A stretch of 64,000 nt of DNA, from the NCBI GenBank assembly GCA_052034115.1, contig JBPOIZ010000005.1, positions 12,883 through 76,882 on the forward strand. The letters run 5' to 3'. Origin of the DNA: Actinomycetota bacterium. Its GTDB lineage: Bacteria; Actinomycetota; Actinomycetes; Actinomycetales; Dermatophilaceae. Below, piece by piece: positions 56,160 through 64,000 of this stretch (the stretch's first letter is position 1; every line of letters begins with the position of its first letter). Below the pieces are notes generated by a model that made no database searches, was not told the origin of the DNA, and saw only the letters and a list, made by a program, of their open reading frames with translations. Both the position numbers and the translations under genes were made by a program.

Positions 56160-59100
56160 TCAGCGGTTGAAGGCGGCGGCGATGAGCTCGACCTGTTCGG
56201 CCTCGTGCTTCTTGTGCGAGCCGGTGGCCGGTGACGCCGAGGCCCTGCGAGCCACCACCCGCAGCGGTCGGTGCTCGCCCAGCTCGGCCAGCGCCTCGGG
56301 CAGGTTGAGGGCCATGAAGGGCCAGGCGCCCTGGTTGCGCGGCTCGTCCTGCACCCACACCAGTTCGGCGTTCGGGTATGCCGATACCGCATCGGCCAGC
56401 TCCGCCCCCGGCACCGGGTGCAGCTGCTCGACTCGCAGGATCGCCGTGGTCGTGTCGCCGCGCGTCGCTCGCTCGGCCTCCAGGTCATAGACGACCTTGC
56501 CGGAGCACAGGACCACCCGGGTCACGGCGCCGCCGTCCAGCGTCATCCGGTCCGGCAGCACCGGGCGGAAGGTGCCCGTCGTGAAGTCATCGGGGGCGCT
56601 GGAGGCGGCCTTGAGGCGCAGCATGGACTTGGGGGTGAACACGATGAGTGGCCGGCGCGGGCGGGCGTAGGCCTGACGTCGCAACAGGTGGAAGTAGGAC
56701 GCCGGAGTCGAAGGATAGGCGACGGTCATGTTCTCCTGGGCGCACAACTGGAGGTAGCGCTCGATGCGCGCCGAGCTGTGGTCCGGCCCCTGCCCCTCGT
56801 AACCGTGCGGCAGGAGGAGCACCACGGAGGAGCGCTGGCCCCACTTCTGTTCCGAGGACGAGACGAACTCGTCGATGATCGTCTGGGCACCGTCGGCGAA
56901 GTCACCGAACTGGGCCTCCCACATGACCAGGGCGTCGGGGCGTTCGACCGAGTAGCCGTACTCGAAACCCATCGCGGCATACTCGGACAGCAGCGAGTCG
57001 TAGACCCAGAACTTGCCCTGGTCGGGGGAAAGGGCGGTCAGCGGAGACCATTCTGCGGCGGTGTTCTTGTCGATGAGGACGGCATGCCGCTGCACGAAGG
57101 TGCCGCGCCGTGAGTCCTGTCCCGCCAAGCGGACCGGCGTGCCCTCCATGAGCAGCGAGCCGATGGCGATGAGCTCGCCCATGCCCCAGTCGATGCCCCC
57201 GTCACGCACCATGGCGGCCCGCCGGTCGAGCAGTTGGCGCAGCTTGGGGTGGACAGTGAACCCTTCGGGCACGGCGACGAAGGCATCGCCGATGTGCTGC
57301 AGGGTCTGCGCCGAGATCGCCGTCTGCGTCGGTGCCACGGCTCGGGCGGGCTGGTCGGCGACCTGGGCGGACGGCTTGCCGAGCCCGCCGTGCCCCTCCG
57401 CGTCGGTGCCTTCGTCCCCCACGTCGGTCTCGTGGTCGGAGTGTGGCTTGGCCGCATCACGGGACTCGATGAAGACGGTCTCCAACTTGCGCTGGTAGTC
57501 GCGAAGCGCTGCTTCGGCGTCCTCGATGGAGATGTCGCCCCGGCCGACGAGGGCCTCGGTGTAGAGCTTGCGGACGCTGCGCTTGGCCTCGATGAGGCGA
57601 TACATCAGCGGCTGGGTCATCGACGGGTCATCGCCCTCGTTGTGGCCGCGGCGGCGGTAGCACACCATGTCGACGACGACGTCCTTGTGGAACTCCTGCC
57701 GGAACTCGTAGGCCATCGCGGCGACCCGCACGCAGGCCTCGGGATCGTCACCGTTGACGTGGAAGATCGGGGCCTGGATCATCCTGGCGACATCGGTGGA
57801 GTAGACCGACGACCGGGACGACGACGGTGCCGTGGTGAAGCCCACCTGGTTGTTGATGACCACGTGGATGGTGCCCCCGGTGCGGTAGCCGCGCAGCTGG
57901 GATTGCTGGAGCGTCTCGGCGACGACCCCCTGTCCGGCGAAGGCCGCATCCCCGTGCAGCAGGATCGGCAGGACCGTGAAGGCCTCACCACCGAGGTCGA
58001 GACGGTCCTGCTTGGCCCGGACGATTCCGGTCAGGACCGGGTCGACGGCCTCCAGGTGCGAGGGGTTCGCGGCCAGGTAGACCTTCGTGCGTGCGCCGGC
58101 CTCGGAGACGAACTCACCCTCGGTGCCCAGGTGGTACTTGACATCCCCGGAGCCCTGCACGGAGTTGGGGTCCGCCTTGCCCTCGAACTCCCGGAAGATC
58201 TGCGCATAGGACTTGCCGGCGATGTTCGCCAGGACGTTGAGCCGACCGCGGTGCGGCATCCCGATGCAGACCTCGTCCAGTGCGTCCTCGGCGGCGTGCA
58301 CGAGGATCATGTCGAGCAGCGCGATGACCGACTCGCCGCCCTCGAGGGAGAACCGCTTCTGGCCGACGAACTTGGTCTGCAGGAAGGTCTCGAAGGCCTC
58401 CGCCGCGTTGAGCCGGCGCAGGATCCGCATCTGCTCCTCGCGGCTGGGCTTCTCGTGCGGCACCTCGACCCGCTGCTGGATCCATCGCCGCTGGTCCGGG
58501 TCCTGGATGTGCATGTACTCGATGCCGACCGTGCGGCAGTAGGAGTCGCGCAGGATCCCGAGGATCTTGCGCAGTTTGAGGAAGGACTCGCCGCCGAAGC
58601 CGCCCGTGGCGAAGTGGCGGTCGAGGTCCCACAAGGTCAGCCCGTGGCTGGTGACATCGAGGTCCGGGTGTCGACGCTGGTGGTATTCCAGCGGGTCGGT
58701 GTCGGCCATGAGGTGGCCCCGGACCCGGTAGGCGTGGATGAGCTCCTGCACGCGGGCGACCTTGTTGATGTCGTCGTCGTGGGTTGCCGAGATGTCCTGG
58801 ACCCACCGAACGGGCTCATAGGGGATGGCCAGCGTCTCGAAGATCTCGTCGTAGAACCCCTCCTCGCCGAGGAGGAGCTGGTGGACGATGCGCAGGAAGT
58901 CGCCGCTCTGGGCGCCCTGGATGATCCGGTGGTCGTAGGTCGAGGTGAGCGTGAGGATCTTGCTCACGGCGTTGCGGTTCAGCGTCTCGGTGCTGGCGCC
59001 CTGCCATTCGGCCGGGTACTCCATCGCGCCGACGCCGATGATCGTGCCCTGGCCCGGCATGAGGCGGGGCACCGAGTGGACGGTGCCGATGGTGCCCGGG

Positions 59101-59987
59101 TTGGTCAGCGAGATCGTGGTGCCCTGGAAGTCCTCGACGGTCAGTTTCCCGGTGCGCGCCTTGCGCACGATCTCCTCGTATGCCGACCAGAACGCACCGA
59201 ACGTCATCGTGTCGGCGGCCTTGATCGACGGGACGAGTAGCTGCCGGGTGCCATCGGGCTTGGCGATGTCGATGGCCAGGCCGAGGTTGACGCGCTCCGG
59301 GCGAACGACCGACGGCTTTCCGTCGATCTCGGCGTATGCGTCGTTCATGGCGGGTAGCACCCGCAATGCCTTGACCAGGGCGTAGCCGATGATGTGCGTG
59401 AAGGACACCTTGCCGCCCCGCGTGCGACGCAGGTGGTTGTTGATGACGACACGGTTGTCGATGAGCAGCTTGGCCGGCACCGAGCGCACGCTGGTGGCGG
59501 TGGGGACGGCGAGCGAGGCCTCCATGTTCGTCACGACCCGGGCGGCAGGACCGCGCAGGGTCGTGACGGCACCCGGGGTCGGTGGCGCCGCGGCAGCTGC
59601 TCCTGGCGTCGTGGCGGGCATCGCAGCCGGGGCAGCGGCTGCCGTCGGGGCACTGGCCGGGGCGGTGGCCGGGGCACTGGCCGGGGCGGTCGTCGCCGGA
59701 GCCGTGGGGGCACCAGGAACCGCGGCGGTAGCGGGAGCCGTGGGGGCGGCGGTCGGCGGGGCGTCGGCCGCGGTGGCCTGGGCCGGCGTGGGCGCACTGG
59801 CGCCGGAGAGGTACTTGTTGCCGGGGCGGTAGCCCTCGAAGAAGTCCCACCAGGCCGGGTCGACCTGCGTGCGGTCGGCGAGGAACTGTTCGTAGAGCTC
59901 GTCGACGAACCACTCGTTCGGGCCGAATGCCGCCATCGTGTCGCTGGTCTGTGGGTCGGGCACGTCTGGCCTCTTTCGCGTCGACAT
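56160..59987 (-). CDS. kgd: Multifunctional 2-oxoglutarate decarboxylase/dehydrogenase E1 with fused E2-like acyltransferase segment (Kgd/OdhA type)
   Basis: 1275 aa. From the N-terminus it has [15 protein letters not shown], an Ala/Pro-rich linker, an E2-like catalytic segment ([18 protein letters not shown]) and the ThDP E1o body ([16 protein letters not shown]). An alternative start is ATG 59936. Confidence 0.95.
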   Translation of the reverse strand: MSTRKRPDVPDPQTSDTMAAFGPNEWFVDELYEQFLADRTQVDPAWWDFFEGYRPGNKYLSGASAPTPAQATAADAPPTAAPTAPATAAVPGAPTAPATTAPASAPATAPASAPTAAAAPAAMPATTPGAAAAAPPTPGAVTTLRGPAARVVTNMEASLAVPTATSVRSVPAKLLIDNRVVINNHLRRTRGGKVSFTHIIGYALVKALRVLPAMNDAYAEIDGKPSVVRPERVNLGLAIDIAKPDGTRQLLVPSIKAADTMTFGAFWSAYEEIVRKARTGKLTVEDFQGTTISLTNPGTIGTVHSVPRLMPGQGTIIGVGAMEYPAEWQGASTETLNRNAVSKILTLTSTYDHRIIQGAQSGDFLRIVHQLLLGEEGFYDEIFETLAIPYEPVRWVQDISATHDDDINKVARVQELIHAYRVRGHLMADTDPLEYHQRRHPDLDVTSHGLTLWDLDRHFATGGFGGESFLKLRKILGILRDSYCRTVGIEYMHIQDPDQRRWIQQRVEVPHEKPSREEQMRILRRLNAAEAFETFLQTKFVGQKRFSLEGGESVIALLDMILVHAAEDALDEVCIGMPHRGRLNVLANIAGKSYAQIFREFEGKADPNSVQGSGDVKYHLGTEGEFVSEAGARTKVYLAANPSHLEAVDPVLTGIVRAKQDRLDLGGEAFTVLPILLHGDAAFAGQGVVAETLQQSQLRGYRTGGTIHVVINNQVGFTTAPSSSRSSVYSTDVARMIQAPIFHVNGDDPEACVRVAAMAYEFRQEFHKDVVVDMVCYRRRGHNEGDDPSMTQPLMYRLIEAKRSVRKLYTEALVGRGDISIEDAEAALRDYQRKLETVFIESRDAAKPHSDHETDVGDEGTDAEGHGGLGKPSAQVADQPARAVAPTQTAISAQTLQHIGDAFVAVPEGFTVHPKLRQLLDRRAAMVRDGGIDWGMGELIAIGSLLMEGTPVRLAGQDSRRGTFVQRHAVLIDKNTAAEWSPLTALSPDQGKFWVYDSLLSEYAAMGFEYGYSVERPDALVMWEAQFGDFADGAQTIIDEFVSSSEQKWGQRSSVVLLLPHGYEGQGPDHSSARIERYLQLCAQENMTVAYPSTPASYFHLLRRQAYARPRRPLIVFTPKSMLRLKAASSAPDDFTTGTFRPVLPDRMTLDGGAVTRVVLCSGKVVYDLEAERATRGDTTTAILRVEQLHPVPGAELADAVSAYPNAELVWVQDEPRNQGAWPFMALNLPEALAELGEHRPLRVVARRASASPATGSHKKHEAEQVELIAAAFNR

Positions 59988-60074
59988 CGACCGCAGGGCG
60001 CGGGAAGGACGGGTCCAAGACTATCGCCGCGTGCCGGGTCCCCAGCCCGGGCGTCCGTGGTCCGGGGGCTCGGT

Positions 60075-60872
60075 TCAGCCGACGTCCCGGCGACTCGTCA
60101 GCCAGGTGCCGAGTCCGCTCATGAACGCTGCGTACCCGGCCAGGACCAAGGCGGCCGCCCACCAGGACAGCCGTTCGCCCATGCCGGAGGTCATGTCGAC
60201 GGCCTCGGTCGTCGCGCTCGACGCCATACCGGGGAGGAACTTGGCGAATGCAGGTCCCCACGACTGGAAGACGAGGATGAGGCCGAGGATGGGCTCGACG
60301 ATCCAGGCGAACCCCACCGAGATGAGCAGCGCCGCGAGCTGGTTGGGGATCAGGATGCCGGCACCGAGACCGATGAGCGCCCACAGGCCCAGGACGAGCA
60401 GGGCCAGGGCCAGGGTGCGCCAGATCCCGGCCGGGAAGGGGCTCACGCCATACCCGTTGAGCATCAGTGCGCCGACGCCGACCGAACCGGCGAGCGAGAT
60501 GAGGCCGTAGAACACGCCGACGAGGAGCAGGGCCAGGACCTTGCCGAGCATGACGCGCCACCGCTTCGGCGTTGCGAGCAGCGTCGCCGAGATCGTCTTG
60601 TGGCGATATTCGGCGCCGACGCACAGCACACCGATGACCAAGGTGAGCAGGTAGGCGATCTGCACGCCGCCGGTGTAGACCGAGCGCGCGAGCATGAGGT
60701 CGCTCACCGGCAGGGTGCGACCGTCGGCGGTCTCGGCCATACCCCCGCTGTGCAGGCCCCATGCCCACAGGGCGGCGAAGCCCCCGCCGGCCAGCAGGGT
60801 GCCGATCGCCATGCCCCACCACATGCGGGTGGTGAAGATCTTGAGCAGTTCGGAACGGACGATGCCGACCAT
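60075..60872 (-). CDS. ABC-2 type transporter permease
   Basis: 265 aa with six hydrophobic helices. It lies immediately downstream of the ATP-binding subunit (stop 60874, start 60872). Confidence 0.85.
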   Translation of the reverse strand: MVGIVRSELLKIFTTRMWWGMAIGTLLAGGGFAALWAWGLHSGGMAETADGRTLPVSDLMLARSVYTGGVQIAYLLTLVIGVLCVGAEYRHKTISATLLATPKRWRVMLGKVLALLLVGVFYGLISLAGSVGVGALMLNGYGVSPFPAGIWRTLALALLVLGLWALIGLGAGILIPNQLAALLISVGFAWIVEPILGLILVFQSWGPAFAKFLPGMASSATTEAVDMTSGMGERLSWWAAALVLAGYAAFMSGLGTWLTSRRDVG

Positions 60873-60873
60873 G

Positions 60874-61803
60874 TCAGGCCTCCGGGGTGTGCGCGGCAGA
60901 CCGGTTGCGGTCGGCGTGCTGGGTCGTCACGGTGAAGTAGAGCTCCTCGAGCGCCGCGCGCCGGGGGGTCAGCCCGTAGATCGGTATGCCGGCGGCCAGG
61001 GCGAGGTCGCCGATCTGGACCAGGTCGCTGGAGTGGACGAGGAGCGTGCCGTCGCCACTGTCGGGCGACGTGTCGATCCCGTGGGCGTGCAGCGCCTCGG
61101 CCAGCGCGGCCGGCCGACTCGTGCGAACCTGCGCGGTCGGTGCGCCGCGCAGGGACTCGACCGAGCCGGCCGCGACCAGGCGGCCGTTGGCGATGATCGC
61201 CACGTCATCGGCCATCTGGTCGACCTCGGACAGCAGGTGGCTCGAGACGAGAACCGTGCGGCCTTGGTCGGCCAGCATGCGCAGCACACCACGCAGCCAG
61301 CGGATGCCCTCTGGGTCCAACCCGTTCGACGGCTCGTCCAGGACGAGGACCCGGGGGTCGCCGAGCAGTGCAGCGGCCAGCCCGAGCCGTTGACGCATAC
61401 CCATCGAGTACTCTCCGGCGCGCTTGCGCGCCGCCGCGGGGATGCCGACCAGCTCGAGCAACTCATCGACCCGCGAATCCGGTATGTCGGCCGCCGCGGC
61501 AAGCACCCGCAGGTGGTCCCGACCCGAACGGCCAGGGTGGAAGCTCGTCGCCTCGAGTGCGGCACCTACCACGCTGAGCGGGCGGCGCAGCTCGACATAG
61601 GGCACGCCGCCGATCGTCGAGCTGCCCGACGTCGGACGGACCAGACCGAGGATCATCCGCAAGGTGGTGGTCTTTCCGGCGCCGTTCGGGCCGAGGAAGC
61701 CGGTGACGCGGCCGGGCTGCACCGCCAGGTCCAGACCCTCGACAGCGGCGAAGCTGCCGAACCGTTTCGTCAGACCTTGGGTCTGGATGGGGAAGTCCGT
61801 CAT
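60874..61803 (-). CDS. ABC transporter ATP-binding protein
   Basis: ORF 60874..61932, with the start at ATG 61803 (GGAGG upstream). It has Walker A GPNGAGKTT, the signature YSMGMRQRL and Walker B VLVLDEPSNGLD. Confidence 0.92.
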   Translation of the reverse strand: MTDFPIQTQGLTKRFGSFAAVEGLDLAVQPGRVTGFLGPNGAGKTTTLRMILGLVRPTSGSSTIGGVPYVELRRPLSVVGAALEATSFHPGRSGRDHLRVLAAAADIPDSRVDELLELVGIPAAARKRAGEYSMGMRQRLGLAAALLGDPRVLVLDEPSNGLDPEGIRWLRGVLRMLADQGRTVLVSSHLLSEVDQMADDVAIIANGRLVAAGSVESLRGAPTAQVRTSRPAALAEALHAHGIDTSPDSGDGTLLVHSSDLVQIGDLALAAGIPIYGLTPRRAALEELYFTVTTQHADRNRSAAHTPEA

Positions 61804-61930
61804 GCCTCCATCCAAACATCCGCTCGGGGCGGTTGCCTCCGCCGAGGCGATGACCGGCCGGTTCCGTCGCGCGGGGGAGAGGATCCATGCGGCGGTGCGA
61901 GCCGCGCCGACCTCATAGGATGTCCCGACC

Positions 61931-63247
61931 ATGACCGAGTGGCTCTACCTCGCCCTGGCCACGGCCCTGACCCTGGGGACGTCGGTCTTCGTCGCAGCGG
62001 AGTTCTCCCTCGTCGCGCTCGACCGGCCAGCGGTCCAGCGGGTGTACGACGAGGGCGACGCGCGGGCCGGCAGCGTCCTGACCTCGCTGCGGCAGCTGTC
62101 CACCCAGCTGTCGGCCGCCCAGGTGGGGATCACCCTGACCACCCTGGTGGTCGGCTTCCTCGCGCAGCCCTCGATCGGTGCCCTGCTGACGCGGGCGCTG
62201 GCGGGTCTGGGCTGGTCGGAAGGCATCGTGGCCACCGTGACCGCGGTCGCCGCGCTGTTGCTCGCCACCGTCTTCTCCATGGTCATCGGCGAGCTCGTCC
62301 CGCAGTTCCTCGGGATCTCGGCCCCGCTGCCGACCGCCAAGGTGGTGGCCGGACCGGTGCGGATCTTCTCCACACTGGCCCGCCCGCTCATCGCCGTCCT
62401 CAACGGCTCGGCGAACGCGGCGTTGCGTGGCGTCGGCATCGAGCCGCAGGAGGAGCTCTCCGGGGCCCGGACGCCGCAGGAACTGGCCAGTCTGGTGCGC
62501 CGCTCGGCAGCGGCCGGGGTCCTCGACGAAGACACCGCCCGGCTGCTCACGCGCTCCCTCGACTTCGGTGATCGGACTGCCCTCGACGTCATGACCCCGC
62601 GCCCGCAGTGCGTGGCCGTCGAACGCACGGCGACCGCGGCCGACCTCATCGACCTGGCGCGGGAGAGCGGGCTGTCCCGGTTTCCCGTCCTGGACGAGGA
62701 CTGGGACGACGTCGACGGCATCGTCCATCTCAAGCGTGCGGTGGCCGTCCCCGTCGCGCGGCGGGGCAAGGTGCCGGTGTCGGCCCTCATGGATCCCGCG
62801 CTGCTCGTGCCGGAGACGATCCGGCTGCACCCGCTCCTGGTGCAACTGCGCGACAGTGGACTACAGCTGGCCGTGGTCGTCGACGAGCATGGTGGGACCT
62901 CCGGGGTGGTGTCCCTGGAGGACGTCGTCGAGGAACTCGTCGGCGATGTCAGTGACGAGCACGATGTCGCCCGGCCGGCCGGTCAGGCACTCCAGGACGG
63001 TGCCTGGGCGCTGCCCGGCCAGTGGCGACCCGACGAGGTGCGCAACGCCCTGGGGGCTCTGGTGCCGGACGGGATCCACTACGAGACGATCGGCGGCTTC
63101 GTCATGGCGGCGCTGGGGCGGATCCCCGCGGTCGGCGACGCGGTCGCCATACCGGGGTGGACCATCCAGGTCGTGGCGATGGACGGGCGGCGGGTCGAGC
63201 GGGTGCTCTTCCTGCCGGTGGCCGCCGACGAGGCGGCGACGCGATGA
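61931..63247 (+). CDS. CNNM/hemolysin-family membrane protein (DUF21 + CBS pair + CorC/HlyC domain)
   Basis: 438 aa. It has the N-terminal DUF21 (SVFVAAEFSLVALDR), a CBS region (DVMTPRPQCVAVE...SRFPVLDED) and a C-terminal transporter-associated domain (GFVMAALGRIPAVGD). Confidence 0.9.
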   Translation: MTEWLYLALATALTLGTSVFVAAEFSLVALDRPAVQRVYDEGDARAGSVLTSLRQLSTQLSAAQVGITLTTLVVGFLAQPSIGALLTRALAGLGWSEGIVATVTAVAALLLATVFSMVIGELVPQFLGISAPLPTAKVVAGPVRIFSTLARPLIAVLNGSANAALRGVGIEPQEELSGARTPQELASLVRRSAAAGVLDEDTARLLTRSLDFGDRTALDVMTPRPQCVAVERTATAADLIDLARESGLSRFPVLDEDWDDVDGIVHLKRAVAVPVARRGKVPVSALMDPALLVPETIRLHPLLVQLRDSGLQLAVVVDEHGGTSGVVSLEDVVEELVGDVSDEHDVARPAGQALQDGAWALPGQWRPDEVRNALGALVPDGIHYETIGGFVMAALGRIPAVGDAVAIPGWTIQVVAMDGRRVERVLFLPVAADEAATR

Positions 63248-64000
63248 GCACCAGCGCCGCCCTGTGGATCTCGCTCGGCCTGCTGCTCGCCAACGCCTTC
63301 TTCGTCGGCGCGGAGTTCGCCGCCATGGCTGCGCGTCGCTCGGCACTGGAGCCGCTGGCCGCCGCGGGCAGTCGCCGGGCGCGCACCTGTCTGGACGCGA
63401 TGGAGCAGATGGGCTCGATGCTCGCGACCGCCCAACTCGGCATCACGGTGTGTTCGGTGGGGCTCGGCGCGCTGGCCGAGGTCGCGCTGCATCATCTCTT
63501 CGTCCCGGTCTTCGAGCGGTTCGGTCTGCCGCAGGTGTGGGCCAGTGCCGCTGCCCTCGCCGCTGCGCTGCTCGTCGTGGTCTACCTGCACGTCGTTGTC
63601 GGCGAGATGATCCCCAAGAACCTGGCGATTGCCGGACCGGAGCGCTCGGCGTTGGTCCTCGTCCCTGCCCTGCTCTGGGTGTCCCGGGCGCTCGGGCCGC
63701 TGGTCCGGCTCATGGCGTGGCTCGCCAAGACCATCGTGCGATGGCTCGGGATCGAGCCGAAGGACGAGATCACCTCGACCTTCACCGCCGACGAGGTCGC
63801 GCACATCGTCGCGGCCAGCCGCGAGGAGGGCCTGTTGGAGGAGGCCGACACCGGGCTGGTGCGCAGTTCCCTGGAGTTCAGCGACAAGGTGGCCGCGGAC
63901 GTCGCGGTGCCGTTGGCCGACCTGGTGACGGTCGGTGAGGAGACGACCCCGCAGCAGATCGAACGGCTCGTCGCCCGGCACGGCTTCTCCCGCTACCCGG
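63244..64000 (+). CDS. Second CNNM/hemolysin-family protein (DUF21 + CBS), 3'-truncated by the window end
   Basis: This ORF is not in the track because it runs off the window end. My hand translation from ATG 63244, which overlaps the upstream stop (ATGA), is MSTSAALWISLGLLLANAFFVGAEFAAMAARRS...VVGEMIPKNLAIAGPE...DVAVPLADLVTV...ARHGFSRYP. Confidence 0.85.
   Translation, partial: MSTSAALWISLGLLLANAFFVGAEFAAMAARRSALEPLAAAGSRRARTCLDAMEQMGSMLATAQLGITVCSVGLGALAEVALHHLFVPVFERFGLPQVWASAAALAAALLVVVYLHVVVGEMIPKNLAIAGPERSALVLVPALLWVSRALGPLVRLMAWLAKTIVRWLGIEPKDEITSTFTADEVAHIVAASREEGLLEEADTGLVRSSLEFSDKVAADVAVPLADLVTVGEETTPQQIERLVARHGFSRYP

Overview
Very GC-rich (roughly 70% by eye) actinobacterial chromosome segment. 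The gene content resembles Micrococcales-like Actinomycetes, but the taxon cannot be proven from sequence alone. I call about 52 protein-coding genes, densely packed and with many 1-4 nt start/stop overlaps. I recognised no rRNA, tRNA, CRISPR array, IS element or integrase by eye.

Most of the window is conserved actinobacterial core, collinear with the block known from M. tuberculosis (Mtb) Rv3262 to Rv3219. Gene order is:
- fbiB-fbiA / whiB2
- a large GT2-membrane fusion plus DUF5719
- metallopeptidase / DUF3499 / phosphomannomutase / Trm112
- ahcY, then mtrA-mtrB-lpqB, comF, hpf
- an atypical LuxR regulator, YcaQ-type glycosylase, GNAT, secA
- Rv3235-family, LysM, HTH, SAF, TadZ-like ATPase
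- WS/DGAT, patatin, pruA
- large NAD-GDH, pdtaS / whiB1
- kgd, ABC-2 exporter, and two CNNM/CBS proteins

The left end (1-11 kb) is a cell-envelope glycopolymer/peptidoglycan cluster. It holds two paralogous GT4 enzymes, an OafA-like acyltransferase, a SpoIID-CWB2 protein, and an M15-like protein with four PG-binding repeats.

I found no clear-cut new defence or mobile system. The most interesting candidates are:
- a five-gene translationally coupled operon joining an orphan CpaB/TadZ-like pair to neutral-lipid enzymes, with an altered WS/DGAT catalytic motif and a Lys-to-Arg P-loop
- a cluster of DnaA-box-like repeats in that operon's divergent promoter
- a triple-GNAT fusion protein
- a structured 290-nt ahcY-mtrA spacer with C-rich hairpin loops
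- mirror-image leaderless promoters
- an operon of small helical proteins of unknown function

All motif coordinates were read by hand. No database search was possible.
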